From the IMG/VR virus record IMGVR_UViG_2529292981_000039: a stretch of 16,325 nucleotides of DNA, one strand, 5' to 3'. Shown here in pieces: positions 8,453 through 16,050 of the stretch. The notes beneath the pieces were generated by a model. That model was not told where the DNA came from and ran no database searches. It saw only the letters and a program-made list of their open reading frames with translations. Positions within the stretch are counted from its first letter, which is position 1, and every line of letters begins with the position of its first letter. The position numbers were made by a program, and so were the translations under genes. The stretch comes from a virus (taxonomy: Duplodnaviria; Heunggongvirae; Uroviricota; Caudoviricetes).

Positions 8453-8871
8453 AAATCAGGCATGAGCACATCGAATCAGTGCTGTTAGCCCTGGCAGCCG
8501 AAAAAGGGCAGGCGTGGGTCGCTAACGCAATTACTGATGAATATCTGCGCCAGGGGGGCGGCGAATTGCCCCTGGTACCAGGCAAGGACTGGAACAATCA
8601 GCAGAATATCTATCACCGTTGGTTGAAAGGTGAAACGAAAGCGCAAAGGGAAAAAATTCAGAAACTGATCCCTGCGGTTCTGGCAATTCTTCCGCGCGAG
8701 CTGCGTCACCGACTCTGCATCTTCGATACCCTGGAACGCCGTGCATTACTGGCGGCGCAGGAAGCGTTGAGTACGGCAATTGATGCGCATGATGATGCAG
8801 TCCAGGCCGTTTACCGGAAAGCACATTTCAGCGGTGGTGGGTCGCCCGGTGATTCTGTCGTAGTGCATTGA
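8449..8871 (+). CDS. ydaT: YdaT-like protein (CII-like regulator, formerly proposed toxin), 140 aa
   Basis: MKIRHEHIESVLLALAAEKGQAWVANAITDEYLRQGGGELPLVPGKDWNNQQNIYHRWLKG... matches Rac YdaT as I recall it; start overlaps the cro-like stop (ATGA). Confidence 0.8.
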   Translation: MKIRHEHIESVLLALAAEKGQAWVANAITDEYLRQGGGELPLVPGKDWNNQQNIYHRWLKGETKAQREKIQKLIPAVLAILPRELRHRLCIFDTLERRALLAAQEALSTAIDAHDDAVQAVYRKAHFSGGGSPGDSVVVH

Positions 8872-8916
8872 TTGAAATTAATCGTGCCGGATTGTTTTGT
8901 TCGGTATCAGTTAAAT

Positions 8917-9357
8917 GTAACGCTGCGAGCGTTACAAGGTGAAAACAAATGGCTTCAAACTGGATAAAGCTCGAGGTTATTACGCCGGATAAGCCGGAAA
9001 TATTCAGGCTTGCTGAGATTCTGAATATTGATCCAGATGCCGCATTAGGGAAGGTTATTCGCTTCTGGGCATGGGCGGATCAACAAATGATAGACGGTAA
9101 TGCAGATTGTAACGCTCGCGGCGTTACAAAAAGTGCAATAGATCGCATCTCTTTTATGGCTGGTTTTGCTGATGCGTTAATTCAGGTTGGATGGCTGGTC
9201 GAAAATGACGTTGGGCTTTCTCTACCTAACTTTGAACGCCATAACGGAAAAAGCTCTAAAAAACGGGCGGTTACAAACGAGCGAGTTACAAAAATACGTG
9301 AACTGAAACGAAAAGGTAACGCTGCCGGCGTTACACAAACGGATCAAAAAGCGTTAC
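8917..9357. repeat. Iteron-like array: three copies of the 19-bp palindrome GTAACGC-N5-GCGTTAC (8917-8935, 9119-9137, 9316-9334), plus direct GTTACAAA half-sites (9269-9276, 9284-9291) and GCGTTAC at 9351-9357
   Basis: Read directly from the sequence. One copy is just upstream of the ydaU-like ATG and two are inside the gene, where they encode the repeated G/A/R-V-T peptide motif. Confidence 0.6.
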
Positions 9358-9737
9358 CAGAGGAAGAGGAAGAGGAAGATCTAAATACTGATCTCCCCCT
9401 AAATCCCCCTCGCCAAAAACGAGCGTCTAAAAAATTCGAGCCGGAGGCTATTGAGCTGCCCGATTGGTTGCCGGAAACACTCTGGCATGAGTGGGTCCGG
9501 TTCAGACAGGCATTGCGAAAACCGATTCGAACGGAGCAGGGCGCTAACGGGGCGATACGGGAACTGGAAAAATTCCGTCAGCAGGGTTTTACACCTGAGC
9601 TGGTGATTCGAAACAGCATCGCCAATGAATACCAGGGCCTGTTCGCGCCGAAAGGTGTTCGGCCTGAGACGTTGCTCCGACAGGTTAACACCGTCTCGTT
9701 GCCGGACAGTGCGATCCCGCCAGGCTTCAGGGGGTAA
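8949..9737 (+). CDS. ydaU: Replication initiator-like protein (YdaU-like, DUF1376-type, lambda O analogue), 262 aa
   Basis: Sits directly upstream of the DnaC-like loader, as O does relative to P in lambda; contains the internal iterons and an acidic EEEEEED stretch. Family assignment from memory. Confidence 0.7.
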   Translation: MASNWIKLEVITPDKPEIFRLAEILNIDPDAALGKVIRFWAWADQQMIDGNADCNARGVTKSAIDRISFMAGFADALIQVGWLVENDVGLSLPNFERHNGKSSKKRAVTNERVTKIRELKRKGNAAGVTQTDQKALPEEEEEEDLNTDLPLNPPRQKRASKKFEPEAIELPDWLPETLWHEWVRFRQALRKPIRTEQGANGAIRELEKFRQQGFTPELVIRNSIANEYQGLFAPKGVRPETLLRQVNTVSLPDSAIPPGFRG

Positions 9738-9743
9738 CAGACC

Positions 9744-10490
9744 ATGAAAAATATTGCGACAGGAGGCGTTCTGGAGCGTATCCGCAGACTGGCCCCACCA
9801 CATGTAACCGCCCCATTCAGAACGGTTGCGGAGTGGCGCGAGTGGCAACTTGCTGAAGGCCAGAAACGTAGCGAGGAGATCAACCGCCTGAATCGTCAGT
9901 TGCGGGTGGAAAAAATTCTGAATCGCTCAGGCATCCAGCCGTTGCACCGTAAATGCTCGTTTGCGAATTACCAGGTGCAGAACGACGGCCAGCGATACGC
10001 GTTAAGCCAGGCGAAATCCATCGCCGATGAACTGATGACCGGGTGTACAAATTTTGCGTTCAGCGGAAAACCTGGTACCGGGAAGAATCACTTAGCGGCA
10101 GCTATCGGGAATCGCCTGCTGAAAGACGGTCAGACAGTGATTGTGGTTACCGTGGCTGATGTTATGAGCGCCCTGCACGCCAGCTATGACGACGGGCAGT
10201 CAGGCGAAAAATTTTTGCGGGAACTGTGCGAAGTGGATCTGCTGGTTCTTGATGAAATTGGCATTCAGCGCGAGACAAAAAACGAGCAGGTGGTGCTGCA
10301 CCAGATTGTTGATCGCCGGACAGCGTCGATGCGCAGCGTGGGGATGCTGACAAACCTGAACTATGAGGCCATGAAAACATTGCTCGGCGAGAGGATTATG
10401 GATCGCATGACCATGAACGGCGGGCGATGGGTGAATTTTAACTGGGAGAGCTGGCGTCCGAATGTCGTCCAGCCAGGAATTGCGAAGTGA
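9744..10490 (+). CDS. ydaV: DnaC-like replicative helicase loader (IstB-like AAA+ ATPase), 248 aa
   Basis: Walker A ([15 protein letters not shown]) and Walker B (LLVLDEIG) motifs; position after the initiator gene. Confidence 0.9.
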   Translation: MKNIATGGVLERIRRLAPPHVTAPFRTVAEWREWQLAEGQKRSEEINRLNRQLRVEKILNRSGIQPLHRKCSFANYQVQNDGQRYALSQAKSIADELMTGCTNFAFSGKPGTGKNHLAAAIGNRLLKDGQTVIVVTVADVMSALHASYDDGQSGEKFLRELCEVDLLVLDEIGIQRETKNEQVVLHQIVDRRTASMRSVGMLTNLNYEAMKTLLGERIMDRMTMNGGRWVNFNWESWRPNVVQPGIAK

Positions 10491-10512
10491 TTTTTACCGG
10501 GAGGAAATTTTA

Positions 10513-11274
10513 ATGGAAACCGTTTTTGGTGCACTGAAAGCAATGGGAAAAGCCACGTCGGTAGAACTGGCTGCGCGACTTGATATCAGTCGTGAAGAAG
10601 TGCTGAACGAGCTTTGGGAACTGAAAAAGGCTGGATTCGTTGATAAAAGCGTATACACCTGGCGTGTGGCCGATAACAACGTTCAGCAGGAACAGCCAAT
10701 GCAGGCAGAACTGCCGGAAGAAACCACCACGGCAACAGTAGCGAAAATCTCAGAGTGCGATTTAACCGCGACGATTGAACAACGCGGACCACAAACGGCG
10801 GATGAACTGGCTACGCTGTTCGGTACAACATCCCGCAAAGTTGCTTCAACGCTGGCAATGGCAATCAGCAAAGGACGCCTGATTCGCGTAAACCAGAACG
10901 GTAAATTTCGTTACTGCATACCGGGCGATAATTTACCAGCAGAGCCGAAAGCAGCATCGGTAGCGGAAACTGATGGTAAAGCCTTTCCTCAGCCTGCATG
11001 TGTTGCGTTACCAGTACAGGAGGCTGCAACACAGGAAGATATTAAAACAGAAACTGTGGCGGACATTGTGCAGTCGCTGCCATCGTTTACTGCAACGCGA
11101 TCTGATGATTTGATTTTGTCATCGCTGCATATGGCAAACCGTGAACTGCGTCGGGCGAAAAATCATGTCCAGAAGTGGGAGCGTGTCTGCGCCGCGCTGC
11201 GGGAGCTGAACAAGCATCGGGATATTGTTCGACAGATTACTGATTTTTCCCGCCGTGTTGCATCGGAAAAGTGA
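10513..11274 (+). CDS. Hypothetical lambdoid prophage protein with two tandem winged-helix-like segments (possibly DUF1627), 253 aa from [10 protein letters not shown]...
   Basis: GGGAGGA lies 7 nt upstream of the ATG at 10513. The track ORF starts at 10462 but that start overlaps ydaV and lacks an SD. Confidence 0.55.
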   Translation: METVFGALKAMGKATSVELAARLDISREEVLNELWELKKAGFVDKSVYTWRVADNNVQQEQPMQAELPEETTTATVAKISECDLTATIEQRGPQTADELATLFGTTSRKVASTLAMAISKGRLIRVNQNGKFRYCIPGDNLPAEPKAASVAETDGKAFPQPACVALPVQEAATQEDIKTETVADIVQSLPSFTATRSDDLILSSLHMANRELRRAKNHVQKWERVCAALRELNKHRDIVRQITDFSRRVASEK

Positions 11275-11289
11275 TTGCCGGAGGCGCCC

Positions 11290-11712
11290 ATGGCAAAAGT
11301 ATTTACACCAGAAGAGCGGGAAAAAATTAAAGGGCAGGTTGTTGAACTTGTACGTCTGAGCGGCCGCGAGACGTTACGGCAACTGGAAGAGAAAACAGGT
11401 GCGACAAGATATCTGATGAGTGTTCTCGCCAGAGAGCTGGTTGCCAGTGGCGATGTATACAACTCTGGTTACGGGTTATTCCCGTCTGAACAGGCGCGTA
11501 AGGACTGGCAAAACGCCCGCAAAAAACTCTCAAGGGCAAATCTGAAGAAAACATCTGTGGATGATCCGGACCTTATCTGGTCATTACCAGACGGAGAAAT
11601 ACGCCGCTACGACAGGCGTCAGAACATAATCTGTAGCGAGTGCCGGAAGAGCGAAGTTATGCAGCGCGCACTGGCGTTTTATCAGGGTAATTTTCAGGAG
11701 GTGGCACAGTGA
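11290..11712 (+). CDS. Hypothetical protein, 140 aa from MAKVFTPEEREKIKG...
   Basis: GGAGG lies 5 nt upstream of the ATG at 11290; no recognisable motif. Confidence 0.5.
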   Translation: MAKVFTPEEREKIKGQVVELVRLSGRETLRQLEEKTGATRYLMSVLARELVASGDVYNSGYGLFPSEQARKDWQNARKKLSRANLKKTSVDDPDLIWSLPDGEIRRYDRRQNIICSECRKSEVMQRALAFYQGNFQEVAQ

Positions 11713-11939
11713 GCGGGATTGACTACCAGGATTTGGCTGCTGCCAACGCTTTCCTGGCGGATGTGCGGGCAGGGGCGTTTAACGACCTTTGCGCGGCGTT
11801 TGTCAGGCACGCAAAAATTGCAGGACTGGGTGATGGCGACACTGTGACGCTTAAGGAAGCGACTGATGCGCTGCTGCACTGTGCGGAACAACTTCGCGCA
11901 CCTGAAGGCTTGGTAATACTAGCTGAATGCCCACAATAG
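11709..11939 (+). CDS. Hypothetical protein, 76 aa, GTG start
   Basis: AGGAGG lies 7 nt upstream of the GTG; start overlaps the stop of the preceding gene (coupled). Confidence 0.45.
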   Translation: MSGIDYQDLAAANAFLADVRAGAFNDLCAAFVRHAKIAGLGDGDTVTLKEATDALLHCAEQLRAPEGLVILAECPQ

Positions 11940-12034
11940 TGTTAGCGATACACATATCAATGTAGATAAATATGTATTGTGGTTAAAGTTTGTTCGACTG
12001 GTTGACGAATTCGTGAAATCCCCTAAAGATTAGG

Positions 12035-12062
12035 TTTACAAAAATAAAATTTTGCGTAAAGA
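12035..12062 (+). promoter_or_regulatory. Candidate promoter for the cargo operon (-35 TTTACA at 12035-12040, -10 TAAAGA at 12057-12062), with the palindrome ACGAATTCGT (12005-12014) upstream
   Basis: Motifs read from the sequence; the -10 is weak, so the assignment is tentative. Confidence 0.3.
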
Positions 12063-12093
12063 TGAGCGGAGTTTTAAGAGAGAGGGATACCTT

Positions 12094-12744
12094 ATGCCGT
12101 CTGAACAGAATCTCCAACCGTGTTTTGAAATCAATCCTTGTTTGGATGAAAAATCTGTTATCAATCTTCTTCAGCAATTTGCTAACGTACTTGGCGAATT
12201 ATGGTTCCATCGCCATGAGTATGATGATAACTGGATTAATGGATGTAGGGCCTATGGATGGATAAAAAACTTTCTTGTAAAAAATCATAAAAAACTCAAA
12301 GGAGTGGCGATTCTTTCAACACCTCTGAATTTTGTGTTTACCCTGAACAGGGTGCCGTTACAGTTTGTGACCGATAAACTGGATTCACCAAAAAAGAAAC
12401 ATCGCTTATGTAAAAATGATGTTGAGTGTCGTCAGTTATCTCTTTTTGAAGATGATGTTAATTTTGAACATGATGTTACATGGCGTGTTCTGGCTGAAAA
12501 ATTACCATCTGCAAATAAAAAAGATGAAGATATTGAACCTCCAACGTGGCTTTTAGCCCTGATAGGTTTTGATTCATCAAATAATGTAGTGAGTAGATAC
12601 GAATTGGTGTCTAAAGTCCATGCTCCAGTACAAGCAGCTAATACTGACGTATTGCCAGAGGCCGTGGAAACACCACCGCTGAATTTGCAGCGGCGTGTTA
12701 AGAATGCGAAAAAAGCAGATAGTGATAAATATGGAACTATTTGA
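12094..12744 (+). CDS. Unknown 216-aa protein (MPSEQNLQPCFEINPCLDEK...), first gene of the AT-rich cargo operon; no recognisable domain
   Basis: GAGGGA lies 6 nt upstream of the ATG. Visibly AT-rich compared with the flanking phage genes (judged by eye, not computed). Its 3' end overlaps the start of the HTH-peptidase gene by 14 nt. Confidence 0.6.
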   Translation: MPSEQNLQPCFEINPCLDEKSVINLLQQFANVLGELWFHRHEYDDNWINGCRAYGWIKNFLVKNHKKLKGVAILSTPLNFVFTLNRVPLQFVTDKLDSPKKKHRLCKNDVECRQLSLFEDDVNFEHDVTWRVLAEKLPSANKKDEDIEPPTWLLALIGFDSSNNVVSRYELVSKVHAPVQAANTDVLPEAVETPPLNLQRRVKNAKKADSDKYGTI

Positions 12745-13852
12745 TTCTATAGGTAATTATCGTGGTGACTGCTTAAAATTAGCTCGTCAGGCTAAAGGGG
12801 TTACGGGCGAAGAGCTTGCTACTGCTTTGGGGGTGACTCGGCAATTTATAAACAAGTTAGAGCGTGGTTATCCCCCTTCATCTCAGATGTTGACAGCTCT
12901 TGCAGATTATCTGGATGTTAAAGAGTCGTTTTTCTTCACTGGAAGGAAATCACCATTAGACAGCGAGAACTGCCATTTCAGAAGCAAGAGATCAAGGACG
13001 CAGTCCTTAACTAATAGTATTCTGGCTCGAGCTGAAATTTTGGAGCAGTTTGTAAAGTGTTTGGAAACAGAAATAGTTCTTCCAGAATTGAACTTTCCTG
13101 ATACGTCCGGATTACCTTTGAACTCCGATGAAGATATTGAAAGAATTGCCGAGGCCTGTAGAAGGTATTGGGGTTTGGGGCTGGGACCGATATCTTCAAT
13201 GGTTAATTTCGTGGAAAGTATTGGGGTTGTTGTTGCTCATGTATCTGGCGTGGATGATCGTATTGATGCGTTTACTATTAATAGTAAACGCCCATTGATA
13301 ATTAGAAATTCCGCGAAAAAGAGTGTGTGTCGATTTCGCTCAGATCTCGGTCATGAACTGGGGCATCTTGTTTTGCATGAAGGGATTATAACAGGGGATA
13401 AAATTACAGAACATCATGCGGATTATTTTTCGAGCGCATTCCTTGTACCTAGAGTTTCGTTCGTTAATGAATTTCCTAAAATGCGAGGATCGCATCTTGA
13501 CTGGAATGCACTAATTAATTTCAAAGAACGATGGAAAATCAGTCTTCGCATGTGTATTTATCGTGCTACGGTTTTGGGGCTGATTACGCCACAACAAATG
13601 AGAACGGGATTTATCCATCTAAATAAAAGAGGGACGATTAAAGGAGAGATGGGGGATGAGTTAATCCCTGAGGAAAAACCTCGCTTACTTTCCTGTGCAG
13701 TTGAATTGCTGGATATATCTTCTTGGAAGCAGATACTGGATATGTCGGGAGTGAGGGAACGCTTTGTTTCCAAAATGTTTGGAATAAGGCGCACACATGA
13801 TGATATATCGAGTAATATTGTGCCTCTTTATAGATACAAAGACTTTGGTTAA
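12731..13852 (+). CDS. XRE-family HTH fused to an ImmA/IrrE-type (COG2856-like) zinc metallopeptidase, 373 aa; an alternative ATG lies at 12704
   Basis: N-terminal HTH (LKLARQAKGVTGEELATALGVTRQFINKLERG) and HEXXH motif (SDLGHELGHLVLHEG) in a domain of the size and arrangement typical of ImmA/IrrE proteases. Confidence 0.8.
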   Translation: MELFDSIGNYRGDCLKLARQAKGVTGEELATALGVTRQFINKLERGYPPSSQMLTALADYLDVKESFFFTGRKSPLDSENCHFRSKRSRTQSLTNSILARAEILEQFVKCLETEIVLPELNFPDTSGLPLNSDEDIERIAEACRRYWGLGLGPISSMVNFVESIGVVVAHVSGVDDRIDAFTINSKRPLIIRNSAKKSVCRFRSDLGHELGHLVLHEGIITGDKITEHHADYFSSAFLVPRVSFVNEFPKMRGSHLDWNALINFKERWKISLRMCIYRATVLGLITPQQMRTGFIHLNKRGTIKGEMGDELIPEEKPRLLSCAVELLDISSWKQILDMSGVRERFVSKMFGIRRTHDDISSNIVPLYRYKDFG

Positions 13853-14031
13853 AATCATAATGGGTGCTTGAGGCTATCTGCCTCAGGCATGAACACCAAA
13901 AGGCAGATAGAGAAAAGCCCCAGTTAACATTACGCGTCCTGCAAGACGCTTAACATTAATCTGAGGCCCAATCTATGCTTCACAAACGTAGGTTAGCCTC
14001 TTACGTGCCGAAAGGCAAGGAGAAGCAGGCT

Positions 14032-14187
14032 ATGAAGCAGCAAAAGGCGATGTTAGTCGCCCTGATCGTCATCTGTTTAACCGTCATAGTGACGGCACTG
14101 GTAACGAGGAAAGACCTCTGCGAGGTACGAATCCGAACCGGCCAGACGGAGGTCGCTGTCTTCACAGCTTACGAACCTGAGGAGTAA
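14032..14187 (+). CDS. hok: Hok/Gef-family type I toxin (HokD/RelF-like), 51 aa (MKQQKAMLVALIVICLTVIVTALVTRKDLCEVRIRTGQTEVAVFTAYEPEE); the in-frame upstream extension from 13975 may be a mok-like leader
   Basis: Almost identical to chromosomal Hok toxins as I recall them; single transmembrane helix; followed by a terminator hairpin. Confidence 0.88.
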   Translation: MKQQKAMLVALIVICLTVIVTALVTRKDLCEVRIRTGQTEVAVFTAYEPEE

Positions 14188-14255
14188 GAGACCTGGCGGG
14201 GGAGAAATCCCTCGCCACCTCTGATGTGTCAGGCATCCTCAACGCACCCGCACTT

Positions 14256-14277
14256 AACCCGCTTCGGCGGGTTTTTT
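14256..14277 (+). terminator. Rho-independent terminator after hok (aacccgc-ttcg-gcgggtt followed by T4)
   Basis: 7-bp stem with a GC core, a 4-nt loop and a T-run, on the plus strand. Confidence 0.7.
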
Positions 14278-14462
14278 GTTGCGCGCTGAATGCGCAGGGT
14301 GAAAAATAACCATATATTTGATTATATACACAACAAAAAATAAAAGTCATTGTACCTGCACATTAAATAATCAAATATACGGCGTGAAATAAATATTTTT
14401 CAGATTAATATTTTTGTCTCTATGTGGATATAACCGTTTGTACTTATAAACTCGGAGGCATC

Positions 14463-14675
14463 GTGGAAAAAATAAAGAAACTATTTAGTTGCAAATACGC
14501 AGTCATACGTCGTGATGACCTGTCAGTTATAGTCGAAATGGATTACTTCCCTGAAACCCCAAAATCAATGATGTATCGTAATGGTCGAAAGGCAATTTTT
14601 TTACCGATGAGGGTAAGTGACATTATGGGAAATGATAAACTGCTGGATGAATTGCGAGTCAGAGCATCCTGTTAG
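14463..14675 (+). CDS. Hypothetical small protein, 70 aa, GTG start (alternative GTG at 14424)
   Basis: GGAGG lies 4 nt upstream of the GTG at 14463; preceded by an AT-rich promoter-like region; no recognisable motif. Confidence 0.4.
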   Translation: MEKIKKLFSCKYAVIRRDDLSVIVEMDYFPETPKSMMYRNGRKAIFLPMRVSDIMGNDKLLDELRVRASC

Positions 14676-14746
14676 TATTGGCATTAATTCTGGTATACTA
14701 CATAACGGGCTGAACACCCATTCTACTGCGCCAGCGGAGAACTACG

Positions 14747-15346
14747 ATGGCGCATATACAACTGGTCAAACAAACCTCTTCCGGATTACTTCTCCCGGCG
14801 ACGCCGGAGAGTTGCGATTTTTTGCATCAAATCAAAATCGGTGAGTGGATACACGCAGACTTTAAGCGTGTGCGTAACTACGCATTCCACAAGCGTTTTT
14901 TCAAACTCCTGCAACTGGGATTCGATTACTGGACTCCGAACGGTGGGGCGATCACGCCTCGCGAACGAGAACTGGTGTCCGGTTTCGTTGATTTCCTGTG
15001 CGAATCAGTAGGTCGGGAACATACTCCAGCCCTGAGTGATGCCGCAGAGCAATATCTGAATACCGTTGCGACACGCAGAACCCGGGATACGGCATTGCTA
15101 AAGTCGTTTGAGGCTTTCCGCGAGTGGGTAACCATTCAGGCCGGATTTTACACCGAGCATTTTTATCCGGACGGTAGCCGTGGGCGCAGGGCGAAATCCA
15201 TCGCGTTTGCGAATATGGACGAAACCGAGTTTCAGCAGGTTTATAAATCTGTGCTGAATGTACTGTGGAACTGGATCCTGTTCCGTAAATTTTCCTCTCC
15301 GGAACAAGTCGAAAATGTGGCCGCGCAGCTACTGGAGTTTGCGTAA
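14747..15346 (+). CDS. Conserved lambdoid nin-region protein, 199 aa (possibly DUF1367-like); function unknown
   Basis: GGAGA lies 6 nt upstream of the ATG; stop overlaps the start of the YbcO-like gene (TAATG). Family name from memory, low certainty. Confidence 0.55.
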   Translation: MAHIQLVKQTSSGLLLPATPESCDFLHQIKIGEWIHADFKRVRNYAFHKRFFKLLQLGFDYWTPNGGAITPRERELVSGFVDFLCESVGREHTPALSDAAEQYLNTVATRRTRDTALLKSFEAFREWVTIQAGFYTEHFYPDGSRGRRAKSIAFANMDETEFQQVYKSVLNVLWNWILFRKFSSPEQVENVAAQLLEFA

Positions 15347-15636
15347 TGGTGGATTTACGTAAAGCGGCAAAAGGTCAGATGTGTACAGTCAGAATTCCTG
15401 GCTACTGCAATCACAATCCCGAAACGTCCGTGCTGGCGCATTACAGGCTGGCGGGGACGTGTGGAACAGCGACAAAACCACACGATATGCAGGCGGCAAT
15501 TGCCTGTAGCTCGTGCCACGATTTAATCGACGGGCGGGTAAAAACCAGCGATTACACCAAAGAAGAATTGCGCCTGATGCACGCGGAGGGCGTTTTCCGC
15601 ACACAGGAAATCTGGAGGGAGAAAGGCATTCTATGA
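15346..15636 (+). CDS. ybcO: YbcO-like (DUF1364) putative nuclease, 96 aa, Cys/His-rich
   Basis: MVDLRKAAKGQMCTVRIPGYCNHNPETSVLAHYRL...ACSSCHD resembles DLP12 YbcO as I recall it; conserved Cys/His pattern. Confidence 0.65.
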   Translation: MVDLRKAAKGQMCTVRIPGYCNHNPETSVLAHYRLAGTCGTATKPHDMQAAIACSSCHDLIDGRVKTSDYTKEELRLMHAEGVFRTQEIWREKGIL

Positions 15637-15669
15637 TTTACCCAACAAATACCGGAAAAAGCGGAGAAC
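15633..15669 (+). pseudogene. 5' stub of a gene (MIYPTNTGKSGE...) cut after about 12 codons by the IS629-like insertion
   Basis: ATG overlaps the ybcO-like stop (ATGA coupling); the reading frame then runs straight into the IS left terminal repeat at 15670. Confidence 0.45.
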
Positions 15670-15723
15670 TGAACCGCCCCGGAAATCCTGGAGACTAAAC
15701 TCCCTGAGAAAGAGGTAAACAGG

Positions 15724-16050
15724 ATGACTAAAAATACTCGTTTTTCCCCCGAAGTCCGTCAGCGGGCGATTCGTATGGTTCTGGAAAGTCAGGATGAATA
15801 TGACTCACAGTGGGCGGCAATTTGTTCCATTGCCCCAAAGATTGGCTGTACGCCGGAGACTCTGCGTGTCTGGGTTCGCCAGCATGAGCGGGATACCGGG
15901 GGCGGTGATGGTGGGCTCACCAGCGCTGAACGTCAGCGTCTGAAAGAGCTGGAACGTGAAAATCGTGAACTGCGCCGCAGTAACGATATCCTTCGCCAGG
16001 CTTCCGCTTATTTTGCGAAGGCGGAGTTCGACCGCCTCTGGAAAAAATGA
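15724..16050 (+). CDS. IS629-like transposase OrfA (HTH and leucine-zipper part), 108 aa
   Basis: [60 protein letters not shown]... matches IS629 OrfA as I recall it. Confidence 0.9.
   Translation: MTKNTRFSPEVRQRAIRMVLESQDEYDSQWAAICSIAPKIGCTPETLRVWVRQHERDTGGGDGGLTSAERQRLKELERENRELRRSNDILRQASAYFAKAEFDRLWKK

Noticed and set aside
8082-8824. Track ORFs 8082-8312 (-), 8361-8597 (-), 8485-8709 (-) and 8531-8824 (-) overlapping the cro-like and ydaT-like genes
   Set aside because: Antisense to two well-supported plus-strand genes; no independent support.
9399-10871. Minus-strand track ORFs antisense to the ydaU-like, ydaV-like and following genes (e.g. 9399-9848, 9578-9883, 10162-10380, 10586-10792)
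   Set aside because: Shadow ORFs inside well-supported plus-strand genes; Arg/Ser/Pro-rich translations.
12062-12265. Track ORF 12062-12265 (+) in a different frame from the cargo gene
   Set aside because: Overlaps the 216-aa ORF, which has a proper RBS and is coupled to the HTH-peptidase gene; the shorter frame lacks both.
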